64,000 nt of DNA from Candidatus Poribacteria bacterium (GCA_965205015.1 OZ242029.1:4288001-4352000); one strand, 5' to 3'; shown: positions 39,708 to 49,720, counted from the first letter of the stretch. The notes: generated from the letters alone by a model not told the origin. A program made the numbers and translations.

Positions 39708-41102
39708 TTAGAACACGTCACGCATGGCACGTTCGCGCCGGTCAGCGATTTGACGTTCACGTTCCTCGTCAGACATCTGACCGTGTTGTTCAGCGACGAT
39801 GGGACGATATTCGGCAACCTCGCTCCTTCGTTTGAACACGCGGAAGAAATCGAAACGGGTTAAGGTTGGCGGTATATTCCCAGGGCACAGCGCGTGTACC
39901 CCGACGTGTACCGAATTTCCCATGCCAACATTCGTTTGTCCGCAGCTCTTCCATTGAATGCCGTCGCTGCTGGCGAAAGCGGAGAATTGGTTTCCTCTGC
40001 GTTCCATCCGTAAGAAGAGTTCTCGGACATTTCTGAGCCCACTGCTACGTCCGCGTAAGTTAAACGAGCGTCCGACGTGGCGTTCAAATCGAACATCGCC
40101 TCTGAAGGCGTGCGGTCCCGAGGTTTTCTCAAGCCGAAGGAATCGGTTAGGATTTTTCCATACCAATAAGCCGCCGTGTTCTTTGAGTTGTGGCGAGATG
40201 CGCATGCGGGTTTCAATCGCGAAGTCTCCAGGGACTTCCATGAGGAGCCGGGGTGCGCTCATGTCGCCGCTTCTGCCATCTGGACCGTGCCAAAGGTCTT
40301 GTCCGGGTTCAGTCCGCATTTCTAAGTAGCCTTGGCGTTCTGCCCAGGAGCCGCCGCCTTTTGGATCGTCCCATCGCCATTCCGGACGCATACGGTTTCC
40401 GATGAACTCATCTTCAAATACCATTTCTGTGAACTCGCCGGAAGATGCCCATCCTTCAATTTTCACAGCAGAGATAGAGTCCCCGAAGTTTTGGGGGAGT
40501 AAATGGAGGTTTGGCAGCTCCTTTTTATATTCCGAAGGTTCCATACGGATGGGTAAGGGCATGCCTTCAAAGTCAGGGTGTTCGTAAAAGACGACCTCCG
40601 CACCGTGTGGTGGGAAGTCTGGTCCTTTGAAGATACGAATTGATGAAATTCGATCCTCAAACCAAGTTCTGCCTTGTGCGTCCCGTAGGTTGGCGATATC
40701 GCGCAGGATCGTAATCTTTCTGCCTCGAAATTCAACGTGCTCGTAGCAGTCCACAATCAGCGGAATCGTTCCCCATTCTGGCCCAACGACTTCCAGTGTG
40801 GAGCCGAAATTGATCGATGAGATTCTATCGGCAAAGTTGTAAGCGGTGTCGTGTAGGTTCGGGTAAAATCCGGGACCGAGTGCTAACTTTTTACCACGGA
40901 AGTTACGATGCTGGTAAAGGATAACCTTATAGTTTGGGTTCGACGAGAAGTTCGGACCCTTGTAGACGCGAACAGAAGATATATTATCTTGGAATCCGAT
41001 GTCTCGCGTAAAGGAAACAGGCTCTACAACATATCCCATTCTGCCCCGGAAGTTTGTATGTTGGAACACCTCAACAACGAGGCGCGGTATGACGACTGGC
41101 AT
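39708..41102 (-). CDS. Beta/gamma-crystallin (four Greek keys) plus DUF1349/ConA-like domain protein
   Basis: Four [FY][QE]H.[NED]F.G ... D.IS[SA] motifs; C-terminal SAPRLL, GGLLVW, LRMERRGNQFSAFASSDGIQW, VGVHA. Confidence 0.8.
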   Translation of the reverse strand: MPVVIPRLVVEVFQHTNFRGRMGYVVEPVSFTRDIGFQDNISSVRVYKGPNFSSNPNYKVILYQHRNFRGKKLALGPGFYPNLHDTAYNFADRISSINFGSTLEVVGPEWGTIPLIVDCYEHVEFRGRKITILRDIANLRDAQGRTWFEDRISSIRIFKGPDFPPHGAEVVFYEHPDFEGMPLPIRMEPSEYKKELPNLHLLPQNFGDSISAVKIEGWASSGEFTEMVFEDEFIGNRMRPEWRWDDPKGGGSWAERQGYLEMRTEPGQDLWHGPDGRSGDMSAPRLLMEVPGDFAIETRMRISPQLKEHGGLLVWKNPNRFLRLEKTSGPHAFRGDVRFERHVGRSFNLRGRSSGLRNVRELFLRMERRGNQFSAFASSDGIQWKSCGQTNVGMGNSVHVGVHALCPGNIPPTLTRFDFFRVFKRRSEVAEYRPIVAEQHGQMSDEERERQIADRRERAMRDVF

Positions 41103-41120
41103 TATGTTCTCCTTTTTTAC

Positions 41121-41202
41121 TGGTTATCAGTTATCGGTTTTCAGTTTTCAGTAAAAGAGAGTTTTTGTTTCAAATTAGGTTTCTTTCTGATGATGAACTG
41201 AT
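41121..41202. repeat. Heptamer-ended element (right arm degenerate)
   Basis: tggttatcagttatcggttttcagttttcagt ... aactgat. Confidence 0.55.
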
Positions 41203-41232
41203 ATATTTTGCGTATTTATTTTCTCTTTCTCT

Positions 41233-42330
41233 TTATCCGGCACCAAGAGTTGCCTCATAGATTTGGGCGTATCCACTCCGATCTGATGTGAATACAACGT
41301 GCTTACCATCTGGGCTGAAAGATGGGTGTGGATGTGTATGTTGTGGGGCGTAAACCTGGATAGGACCGGCGGCATACGGAAACGGTCCGTTCCAATGTTC
41401 ACCAATAGATGAGGCGTTAGGATGGCATAACGCCTGCGGTTTGCCGATACCGTCACGTGGATCAAAAATTTGGATACCGATATCGGGGAAATTAGTGTCT
41501 GCCACCATAAGCGTTCCGGTAGGATTGCTGATGGCATGCCATGCGTTGAATGTTGCCACTTGTCGCACTCTTCCGGTATCAGCATTGACACATCTCACGC
41601 CGCGGGGCCAGTCGACGAAGGCGAGTTCACGCGTCCCTGGAATCCATGTTTCATGTGTGATCCATTCATTTTTTTCGAGGTTCTGCGCGTAAAGGCGACG
41701 GTTCTCACTTCCGTCGCGATGGATGCCCCATACTCGATCGGTGAGGGGACCCGCATAATAGAGCAGGTTGGAATCATCCGGACAGAATTGAAGATGTCCG
41801 ATGCTGTCTCTCCGTAAGATGATTTCGTGCTCGCCGGTGTCTGTATCGATAATAGCGAGTGCAGCTTCTTTACCGATCTGGAATCTCACAGCCCACCATC
41901 GATTATCGTGACTCAAAGCGGTTGTGCCCATAGCAGCGGCGACCATGCCTGCATCTTGCATCGTCGTTGCGGCGAAATTGACGAGTTCGCGCTCTTCAAG
42001 TGTCTCTAAATCTATTTCCCATCCGCTTGTGCCTGCTGTGAAATAGACTGCTTTTCCATCGCGCGAGGGATGCACCGACCATTCCGAGATGTCGGGTCTA
42101 TCTGTTAATTGGCGAAGTTCACCCGTGCTCCGTTCTTCTGCGAATATCTGTGGGATCCCCGTTCGGTATGAGACGAATATGAGTCTTTGCATCGCGTCGT
42201 CATACGCGGGTATGATGAAGAATGGATGGTGGTGCAGCGCGGACGCAGTCGTCACCTGTCGAATCTGGGTTCCGGTGCGTTGATCGATAAAGGATCGGGA
42301 TTCGGGAGGATGAACTGTTCCTTTCGCCAT
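41233..42330 (-). CDS. Oligogalacturonate lyase family beta-propeller (PL22-like)
   Basis: HHHPFF, IGHLQFCP, EWITHETW, HTHPHPSFSPDGKHVVFTSDRSG..QIY; start set at MAKG. Confidence 0.78.
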   Translation of the reverse strand: MAKGTVHPPESRSFIDQRTGTQIRQVTTASALHHHPFFIIPAYDDAMQRLIFVSYRTGIPQIFAEERSTGELRQLTDRPDISEWSVHPSRDGKAVYFTAGTSGWEIDLETLEERELVNFAATTMQDAGMVAAAMGTTALSHDNRWWAVRFQIGKEAALAIIDTDTGEHEIILRRDSIGHLQFCPDDSNLLYYAGPLTDRVWGIHRDGSENRRLYAQNLEKNEWITHETWIPGTRELAFVDWPRGVRCVNADTGRVRQVATFNAWHAISNPTGTLMVADTNFPDIGIQIFDPRDGIGKPQALCHPNASSIGEHWNGPFPYAAGPIQVYAPQHTHPHPSFSPDGKHVVFTSDRSGYAQIYEATLGAG

Positions 42331-42410
42331 TTTTTTAATTTTCCTTGCGGTTCGATTCGCGTGCTTGAGGCGGCTCACGTTCCTTTCCGTAGATCCGCCT
42401 TCCACTTCGT

Positions 42411-42526
42411 TAGTTATCGGTCATCGGTTAAGAGGTTTTCGTCTAACAGGGGAAATCCACAGAAATCCGCAGAAATACCCTATCAAAAACCCCCTCTTGT
42501 AACTGATAACCGACAACTGACTACCA
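42411..42526. repeat. Heptamer-ended inverted-repeat element
   Basis: tagttatcggtcatcggttaagagg ... cctcttgtaactgataaccgacaactgactacca. Confidence 0.75.
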
Positions 42527-42528
42527 AT

Positions 42529-43527
42529 TTATTCCTCGAATGCCGCATCAAAGGCAACTGCAGAGGGTTCAAAATCATAGCCCTTGACGGCAGCACAAGA
42601 TTCACGGGCACCGTGTTCACGATCCATGCCGCTGTCTTCCCACTCAATGGAGAGCGGACCGTCGTATTCCATGACATTGAGCGCACGGATAATTTCTTCA
42701 AAGTTAACGTTACCACGACCGATAGAACGGAAGTCCCAATTTCTTCGAGCATCTCCGAAGTTCAGATGTCCACCGAATACACCGGATAAACGGGGTGTAT
42801 CAGCCCACCAGACATCCTTCATGTGGACGTGATAAATCCGGTTGCTCAACCGTTCAAGGAACGCTACATAGTCAACACCTTGATAGCCGAGGTGGCTGGG
42901 ATCATAATTGAATCCGAATGCCTCTCTGCCGTTGACTGCCTCGATTGCACGCTCTGCGGTGACGATGTCAAATGCAATTTCCGTGGGATGCACTTCAAGT
43001 CCGAATTTGACCCCGACTTCATCGAAAACATCGAAGATCGGGTTCCAGCGATTGGCGAAATCCTCAAAACCCGCATCAATTTGCGCTGGGTCATTCGGCG
43101 GGAAGGAGTAGAGAAGATGCCATATCGAACTACCGGTGAAACCGTTGACGACGCTGACGCCAAGTTTTGCGGCAGCACGCGCTGTGTTTTTCATCTCTTC
43201 GGCGGCGCGTTCCTGAACGCCTGCGGGATCCCCGTCGCCCCAGATCGCCTCTGATACGATGCCTTGATGTCGGCTGTCAATATTATCGCAGACTGCCTGT
43301 CCGACAAGGTGATTGCTGATTGACCAAACTTTGAGTCCGTATTTCGCGAGAAGATCGTGTCTGCCTTGGCAGTAGTTATCGTCTGCGAGTGCCTTGTCAA
43401 CTTCAAAGTGGTCGCCCCAACAGGCGAGTTCTAAGCCATCATAGCCCCATCCACTCGCTTTTTCTGCTAATTCCTCTAATGTCAAATCTGCCCATTGGCC
43501 TGTAAAGAGTGTTACAGGTCTTGCCAT
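42529..43527 (-). CDS. Sugar phosphate isomerase/epimerase (xylose-isomerase-like TIM barrel)
   Basis: [46 protein letters not shown]. Confidence 0.9.
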   Translation of the reverse strand: MARPVTLFTGQWADLTLEELAEKASGWGYDGLELACWGDHFEVDKALADDNYCQGRHDLLAKYGLKVWSISNHLVGQAVCDNIDSRHQGIVSEAIWGDGDPAGVQERAAEEMKNTARAAAKLGVSVVNGFTGSSIWHLLYSFPPNDPAQIDAGFEDFANRWNPIFDVFDEVGVKFGLEVHPTEIAFDIVTAERAIEAVNGREAFGFNYDPSHLGYQGVDYVAFLERLSNRIYHVHMKDVWWADTPRLSGVFGGHLNFGDARRNWDFRSIGRGNVNFEEIIRALNVMEYDGPLSIEWEDSGMDREHGARESCAAVKGYDFEPSAVAFDAAFEE

Positions 43528-43542
43528 AGTATGTCTCCTTTT

Positions 43543-43630
43543 GAGTTGTCAGTTACCCGCTTGTAAGAGGGCAAGCGTTTGCACCCGCCACACGATTAAC
43601 TGATCCCTGTTAACTGATAACCGATAACTA
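43543..43630. repeat. Heptamer-ended inverted-repeat element
   Basis: gagttgtcagtta ... taactgataaccgataacta. Confidence 0.65.
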
Positions 43631-44803
43631 TTATGCTGGCGGCGTATATCTCGCGTCGATCCAGGCGCGTTGTTTTCCGCTGTCTACGGCGGCGTTGATG
43701 AAATGTACCCCGCGCGCTCCGTCTTGAACGGTTGGGAAATCTGTGTCGAATTCAGTTGGGACTTCACCTGCGATTTTCGCTGCCATTGTCCGTGCGGCGT
43801 TTACATAAATATTTGCGAATGCCTCGATAAAAGCTTCAGGGTGTCCGAAGGGTATCCGCGAGTTGTGTTGGACGACCTCTGATAAGTAGTCGTTGCCGCG
43901 TTTGTAAACCTGTTCAGGACCATCGGGAAAGCGAACGTAGAGATAGTTTGGGTTCTCCTGATGCCATTCCAGCGATGCGTCGGTACCGTAAACACGGATA
44001 CGCAGGTTGTTCTCTTCACCTACCGAGATTTGTGAGGCGTAAAGCACGCCGCGGACTCCGTTTTCATAATGGACCAATAGATTTCCATCGTCTTCTAACA
44101 AGCGGCCTTCCACGAAAGTGGTCATATCCGCACAGATTTCTTCGATGTCGAGTCCTGTGATGTAGTGTGCTAAGTTCTCTGCGTGGGAGCCGATGTCTCC
44201 GATACATGAGGAGGCGCCCGCTTGACTGGGATCGGTGCGCCAGACGGCTTGTTTCGCGCCTTCGTTCTCTAAAAATGTGGCGAGCCAGCCTTGCGGGTAT
44301 TCGACGACGATTTTGCGGAGCGTTCCGAGTTTTCCTGCTTTCACGAGTTCACGTGCCTGCTTCACCATTGGATAACCGGTGTAATTGTGTGTGAGTGCGA
44401 AAACGACATCGTGTTCTTTGACGAGGGCGCATAACGTTTCAGCGTCGGCGACCGTTGTTGTCATCGGCTTATCGCAGACGACGTGGAACCCGGCTTCAAT
44501 AAAGGTTTTGGCGACGTCGAAATGGACATGGTTCGGTGTCACGATTGAGACGAAATCAATGCGTTCGCCTTCAGGCAGTTGGCTCTCTTTTTCTGCCATC
44601 TCGTGGTATGATCCGTAGACCCGATTCGCGTCGAGGAAAAGCTCTGCCCCTTGTTGACGGGATTTTTCGGGTGATGATGAGAACGCACCCGCAACGAGAT
44701 CGATTTCTCCATCGAGTGCCGCGGCTTTCCGATGGACAGCACCGATAAAGGCATCCGGTCCACCCCCGACCATGCCGTAACGTATTTTCCTGTTCAGTGG
44801 CAT
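43631..44803 (-). CDS. Gfo/Idh/MocA family oxidoreductase
   Basis: [40 protein letters not shown]. Confidence 0.92.
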   Translation of the reverse strand: MPLNRKIRYGMVGGGPDAFIGAVHRKAAALDGEIDLVAGAFSSSPEKSRQQGAELFLDANRVYGSYHEMAEKESQLPEGERIDFVSIVTPNHVHFDVAKTFIEAGFHVVCDKPMTTTVADAETLCALVKEHDVVFALTHNYTGYPMVKQARELVKAGKLGTLRKIVVEYPQGWLATFLENEGAKQAVWRTDPSQAGASSCIGDIGSHAENLAHYITGLDIEEICADMTTFVEGRLLEDDGNLLVHYENGVRGVLYASQISVGEENNLRIRVYGTDASLEWHQENPNYLYVRFPDGPEQVYKRGNDYLSEVVQHNSRIPFGHPEAFIEAFANIYVNAARTMAAKIAGEVPTEFDTDFPTVQDGARGVHFINAAVDSGKQRAWIDARYTPPA

Positions 44804-45081
44804 CTTGCGTGTTTTCTCCTTTGAGAATAAGATATTTTGATTCCAAAATACATTATCTCATATTTGGGTGTTTTTTTCAAGATTTTTGTGGATGTGTGAA
44901 TATTTTGTTAAAATTTAGGTTGGAAGGGGAGTGGGATCGTTAGAATCAGGATTCCCGCGATAATAAGGACTGTAGGAGCTGGGAAGTGGAAATCACCACT
45001 GAGATTTTCTGTATACAACTTCTCAATTTGTGGTATACTGTTTGCAGAAATCGAAAGTGTTTGCTGTTTAAGGAGATTTGC

Positions 45082-46050
45082 ATGAGTACAGAAAGAAAAT
45101 GGGATGATTCAATTGTCCGCTACCCCGATCCGGCAATTGAGGCATTAGACCCCCGTTTCGGGGAATATACAATCGGTAATTCTGTCGTCGAACGGTTATG
45201 GACAGGCTCGCGCTGGGCAGAGGGACCCGCCTGGTTCGGTGATGGTGGTTATCTGCTCTGGAGCGATATTCCGAACAATCGGATTCTGAAATGGGAGGAA
45301 TCCACCGGCGATGTAAGCGTCTACCGTAAACCGTCCAACTATAGCAACGGGCACACCCGCGATCGTCAGGGAAGGCTCATCAGTTGTGAACACGGCGCAC
45401 GACGCGTCACGCGAACCGAATATGATGGAACAATTACGGTGCTGATGGACAGTTTTGATGACAAACCGCTCAACGCACCGAATGATGTTGCTGTCCATCC
45501 CGATGGACATGTCTGGTTTACGGATCCCGGATACGGGATTATGCTCAACTATGAAGGACACGTCGCCGAATTTGAATTGCCGACCTGTGTGTATCGTCTC
45601 AATCCGGATACGGGGGAAGCAACCGTTGTAACGGATGAACTTGAGAAACCGAACGGTATCTGTTTTTCACCCGATTATGAGAAACTCTATCTTGTGGATA
45701 CCGGTGTTACGCATAAAGAGGGAACACCGCGGCATCTCTTCGTGTACGATGTTATAGATGGCGAACGGTTGGGCACACAAGAGGTGTTCTGTGATACATC
45801 GCCCGGTATTGCTGACGGTATTCGGTGTGATGTCGATGGAAACCTGTGGGCGAGTGCGGGGTGGGTTGGCGATGGATACGATGGCGTGCATGTCTTCGCA
45901 CCGGACGGGACACGTATCGGACAGATTCATCTCCCAGAAATTTGTGCAAACCTCTGCTTCGGTGGTGTGAAAAGGAATCGACTGTTTATGATGGGTAGCC
46001 AGTCTCTCTACGCGGTTTATGTGGAAGCGCAGGGAGTTCCGTATTTTTAG
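45082..46050 (+). CDS. SMP-30/gluconolactonase family protein
   Basis: AAGGAG RBS; WAEGPAW, WSDIPNNR, LNAPND, PNGICFSPD, ADGIRCD..GNLW, ANLCFGG. Confidence 0.92.
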   Translation: MSTERKWDDSIVRYPDPAIEALDPRFGEYTIGNSVVERLWTGSRWAEGPAWFGDGGYLLWSDIPNNRILKWEESTGDVSVYRKPSNYSNGHTRDRQGRLISCEHGARRVTRTEYDGTITVLMDSFDDKPLNAPNDVAVHPDGHVWFTDPGYGIMLNYEGHVAEFELPTCVYRLNPDTGEATVVTDELEKPNGICFSPDYEKLYLVDTGVTHKEGTPRHLFVYDVIDGERLGTQEVFCDTSPGIADGIRCDVDGNLWASAGWVGDGYDGVHVFAPDGTRIGQIHLPEICANLCFGGVKRNRLFMMGSQSLYAVYVEAQGVPYF

Positions 46051-46085
46051 TAGGGATGACAACTCGCTTTTACGCTGCTGCGGAG

Positions 46086-46207
46086 GCACAGGATCGCCAA
46101 CGGTTTCCTATGCTACAGGGCACAGGCTAACAGCCTATGCTACAAAGACGGGACACAGGCTAACGGTCGCCTATACTACGAGGCACAGGCTAACAGCCTA
46201 TGCTACA
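46086..46207 (-). repeat. Tandem array of four GTAG-type REP units
   Basis: cacaggctaacagcctatgctaca twice plus two variants; minus strand GTAGCATAGGCTGTTAGCCTGTG. Confidence 0.8.
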
Positions 46208-46212
46208 AAAAA

Positions 46213-47031
46213 ATGAACGTAGACACCCTCGAACATATCAACTGCCCAATTTGTGAGCGGGATGAAACGGAGGAACTTTTCAGTAAGGACGCCTTATCGG
46301 TAGTCGTTTGCAAGCGGTGTTTGTTCCGGTATGTCAATCCGCGGATCAATCGTCAGATGCTTGAAAATGGGTATGTTGAGACCTACTATCCGCCGGATAA
46401 AGTAGAGCGCATCCATACGGATAACATGGAATGGTTGCAGATGGCAGAGCGTTTGACGGAATTAGAGAAACAGCATCAGCATAAAGGGAGACTCTTAGAT
46501 GTTGGGTGCGGTATTGGAACGTTTCTGCATCTCGCTCGCGAACAGGGGTGGGAATCCCACGGAGTTGACCCCTCCAAGAGTGGCAGTACTTTCGCACAGG
46601 AGATACATCAATTGGATGTGCAGTGTGGAGAGGTCTTTGATGCGAATTTTCCGACTGCGCATTTCGAGGCAATTACCCTCTACCATGTATTGGAGCATAT
46701 CCCGGAATTAAATCCATTCCTCAGCGAATTACGTCGCGTTCTCAAGCCTCAGACAGGGACCCTTGTCATTGAGGTACCGAACGGTGAGGGGTTGCAGAGC
46801 CGTCTCCAGAAAGCGGAGTGGCCCTATGTCCATCCGCACGATCATCTCTACTATTTTTCTGCGCGCTCCTTACCCAAATTACTTCGGAAACACGGTTTTC
46901 AAGACATTACATTGGGGAAACCGAGGCGCGTTAGCCCGACAGCAGGGATCGGTTTCGCACTTCGTCAAGCGGCGACTGCTGCCTTGGTTCGATTCCATTT
47001 AGGGACAGTGATTCGAGTATATGCGAGTTAG
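46213..47031 (+). CDS. Class I SAM-dependent methyltransferase with N-terminal Zn-finger
   Basis: CPIC...CKRC; LLDVGCGIG; YHVLEH; IEVPN; HLYYFS. Confidence 0.9.
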   Translation: MNVDTLEHINCPICERDETEELFSKDALSVVVCKRCLFRYVNPRINRQMLENGYVETYYPPDKVERIHTDNMEWLQMAERLTELEKQHQHKGRLLDVGCGIGTFLHLAREQGWESHGVDPSKSGSTFAQEIHQLDVQCGEVFDANFPTAHFEAITLYHVLEHIPELNPFLSELRRVLKPQTGTLVIEVPNGEGLQSRLQKAEWPYVHPHDHLYYFSARSLPKLLRKHGFQDITLGKPRRVSPTAGIGFALRQAATAALVRFHLGTVIRVYAS

Positions 47032-47041
47032 GAGGGACGGT

Positions 47042-47509
47042 TCACGATCTTGGTGCTTTATAAGAGAATGTTTGAATGACCTCATTCATGAGTAACCGCT
47101 GCGCGATTGTCTCAAGCACTTCCGTATTCAGGGTCCCAGTGAACCAATATTTATGTCCCGTGCGAACGGTCGTGACGCCTGCGATGCCTAAATCGATAAT
47201 GCCTTTGACGGTGCTATCACCAACGGCATCCGTAACACCAGGCTTGAATTGGACTTCAAGGGTCCAATCTGTCTCCGTATTATTTTCGGTTCCAAAGGCG
47301 TAAGCTTGTGTAATGGGATCTGCGAGGAGTTCAGTGCCGATTCGGTCAATAGTTTCTGCGTCAAGGGTTCCTTCGATCCAATAAACCGTGGCTGTGCGGA
47401 CAGAATTGATGCCACTGATACCAAGATCGGTTATATCTTCGAGAATCCCTTGTCCAACGGTATCGGGGACTTCGGGTTTATAGTAGACTTCAACTTTCCA
47501 ATTGTTCAT
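47042..47509 (-). CDS. purS: Phosphoribosylformylglycinamidine synthase PurS-like protein with two tandem PurS domains
   Basis: EVYYKPEVPDTVG...LLADPIT and EVQFKPGVTDAVG...LLMNEVIQ. Confidence 0.7.
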   Translation of the reverse strand: MNNWKVEVYYKPEVPDTVGQGILEDITDLGISGINSVRTATVYWIEGTLDAETIDRIGTELLADPITQAYAFGTENNTETDWTLEVQFKPGVTDAVGDSTVKGIIDLGIAGVTTVRTGHKYWFTGTLNTEVLETIAQRLLMNEVIQTFSYKAPRS

Positions 47510-47574
47510 GGTTTTGTCGTTTCTATTTCCGTAAATGGAAATTCCTCTATATATTTTTTATGGGACGCTGAAAA

Positions 47575-48393
47575 ATGCCAACGTTAAATATTCTTGTTTT
47601 TGGGGCACATCCCGATGATTGTGATATTAAAGCAGGAGGCGTCGCTACCTTGTATGCCCAACAGGGACATCGCGTTAAATTTGTTTCTGTTACAAACGGC
47701 GATGCCGGACATCACGAAATGGGTGGCGGTCCTTTGGCGCAGCGGCGATATAAAGAGGCACAAGCCGCCGCCGAAATCATCGGCATTGAATATGAATTAT
47801 TCGACAATCACGATGGTGAACTGATGCCGACGTTAGAAAACCGGTATCAGGTTATTCGTGCAATTCGTGAATTCCAGCCAGATTTAATAATGACGCACCG
47901 ACCCAACGATTATCACCCTGACCACCGGTATACGTCAATTTTGGTTCAGGACGCGGCGTATATGGTTACGGTGCCGAATATCTGTGCCCTCACACCGCAT
48001 TTGGAGAAAAATCCCGTTATTGCTTATTTGAGCGATGGTTTCATGAAGCCCTATCCGTTCACACCGGATGTCGTTGTTGGCATTGATGCTATCGTTGAAC
48101 AGAAGATCGATATGCTTCACTGTCACGTATCACAGTTTTACGAGTGGCTTCCTTACAACAGTGGCTCGTTAGATGCTGTGCCCACAGGCGAATCGGCGCG
48201 GCGTGCTTGGCTCGCTGAACGGTTGTTAAATCGTTTCCGAGATGTTGCTGAAAAGCATCGAGATGTGCTAATTGCCCTCTATGGTGAAGAAGCCGGTGCA
48301 CAAACCAAGTATGCTGAGGCATTTGAGGGATGCGAGTACGGTTCCGCACTCACCGCAGAAAATATCCCCACCCTCTTTCCATTTTTCAAGTAA
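47575..48393 (+). CDS. PIG-L/LmbE family deacetylase
   Basis: GAHPDD, TNGDAG, RR.KEA, DYHPDH, HVSQFYEWLP. Confidence 0.92.
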   Translation: MPTLNILVFGAHPDDCDIKAGGVATLYAQQGHRVKFVSVTNGDAGHHEMGGGPLAQRRYKEAQAAAEIIGIEYELFDNHDGELMPTLENRYQVIRAIREFQPDLIMTHRPNDYHPDHRYTSILVQDAAYMVTVPNICALTPHLEKNPVIAYLSDGFMKPYPFTPDVVVGIDAIVEQKIDMLHCHVSQFYEWLPYNSGSLDAVPTGESARRAWLAERLLNRFRDVAEKHRDVLIALYGEEAGAQTKYAEAFEGCEYGSALTAENIPTLFPFFK

Positions 48394-48412
48394 GGAGCCT
48401 TGTTTTAACGAT

Positions 48413-48679
48413 ATGCCAACGGAACAAGCCAGTCCCAGAACGCTTTTTGTTATTGTCAGCGTTATTGGTCTTATTTTTGCGATTGTTATGGTTATTCTTT
48501 TTTTTAATGCTGCACCGGCGCGTTCAAATATTGAGGTACATCGCGGTTCAGAGGAAGCGATTGAGTGTCTGAAATGTCACTTAAGAGGCGATGAAAAATC
48601 ACCAACGATGCCGCATCTGAATCTCGGTCGGTGCAACCTCTGCCACGGGTTATCCAAGGAAGAACCGCGGGATAATTAG
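48413..48679 (+). CDS. Small membrane-anchored diheme c-type cytochrome
   Basis: N-terminal TM helix; CLKCH and CNLCH, each preceded by an extra His. Confidence 0.75.
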   Translation: MPTEQASPRTLFVIVSVIGLIFAIVMVILFFNAAPARSNIEVHRGSEEAIECLKCHLRGDEKSPTMPHLNLGRCNLCHGLSKEEPRDN

Positions 48680-48705
48680 TAGGCGTGAGGTAACCTCGCC
48701 TCTAC
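48679..48705. repeat. GTAG REP palindrome between convergent genes; supplies the prmA stop codon
   Basis: gtaggcgtgaggtaacctcgcctctac. Confidence 0.65.
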
Positions 48706-49598
48706 GACAGAGTGGCGAGACTCAGGATGGCTTTCATTCCTATCCACGTAACTTTATCTTCTATTTCGCTGATCACCTCGAGACATTGAAATTGATTTGC
48801 TTCTAAAACCGACTTAACTTGTGCAAGTTCAGTCTCCAAAATCCCAGAGAAAATGACGATCCCATCGGGATAGAGCCGCTGTGTACAGAACGGAATCATT
48901 GGAAGAATTGCTTTCGTTAAGATGTTTCCAACGATGAGATGGTATTTGTTTTCTATTCCTTTGAGTCCATCGCCTTGAGATAAACATACCTGCGGTGCTA
49001 CACCGTTTGACTGAAAATTAGCGGCTGCAATGGGGAGTGCTGTCGAGTCAATCTCAATCGCGTCAACGTGTTTCGCGCCTAATTTGATAGCGGCAATTGT
49101 TAAGATCCCGGAACCTGTTCCGATGTCAGCAACTTGATGGTGCGGTTCGACGGTGTGTTCCAATAATTCGAGGGAAAGTCGTGTGGTGGGATGATAACCC
49201 GTCCCGAACGCCATACCCGGATCGAGTTGAATCAAGATTTCCGCTTTGTTGTGGGGGGGATCGCGCCATGTTGGTGCGATAACAATCTTTTTGCCAATGC
49301 GTTGTGGGGGGAAGGCGGATTTCCAGGTTTCTTCCCACTTCTCGGATTTGATATGTTTTAGATCAATTGTTGCGGGGTGTGGTTGAATCCCCCATGTTGG
49401 AAGTTCGGTAAGGAAGTCGCGGAGTTTCTGCATCCGTGCGCCAACCCTATCATCTAAAGGGTAGTGGGCAATGAGGTCTACTGTGGATGCCTTGTTATCC
49501 TTGAGTTCAACGCCGGTTGCGTTTAATTCAAGAAGAAGATTTGCCACGGCTTCTGATGCCGCTTGAGAGGTCGTTACCGTGATTCTTGCCCAGTCCAT
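48702..49598 (-). CDS. prmA: Ribosomal protein L11 methyltransferase
   Basis: LDPGMAFGTGYHPTT, DIGTGSGIL, VGNIL, FSGIL; downstream of dnaJ; start set at MDWARI. Confidence 0.93.
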   Translation of the reverse strand: MDWARITVTTSQAASEAVANLLLELNATGVELKDNKASTVDLIAHYPLDDRVGARMQKLRDFLTELPTWGIQPHPATIDLKHIKSEKWEETWKSAFPPQRIGKKIVIAPTWRDPPHNKAEILIQLDPGMAFGTGYHPTTRLSLELLEHTVEPHHQVADIGTGSGILTIAAIKLGAKHVDAIEIDSTALPIAAANFQSNGVAPQVCLSQGDGLKGIENKYHLIVGNILTKAILPMIPFCTQRLYPDGIVIFSGILETELAQVKSVLEANQFQCLEVISEIEDKVTWIGMKAILSLATLS

Positions 49599-49627
49599 GT
49601 TTGCCACGTTTATGTATTTGCGTTTTC

Positions 49628-49714
49628 TGTAGGGCAGGTACAAGATTTGCCCCTACCGGTGGGCAAGTACAAGACCTGCCCCTACCGGTGGGCAAGTACA
49701 AGACCTGCCCCTAC
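49628..49714 (-). repeat. Three tandem 29-bp GTAG REP units
   Basis: gggca[ag]gtacaaga[ct][ct]tgcccctac three times. Confidence 0.85.
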
Positions 49715-49720
49715 GTATTT

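Noticed and set aside
46086-49714. Short regularly spaced repeats at 46086-46207 and 49628-49714 as CRISPR
   Set aside because: Units are nearly contiguous with no unique spacers; they are tandem REPs.
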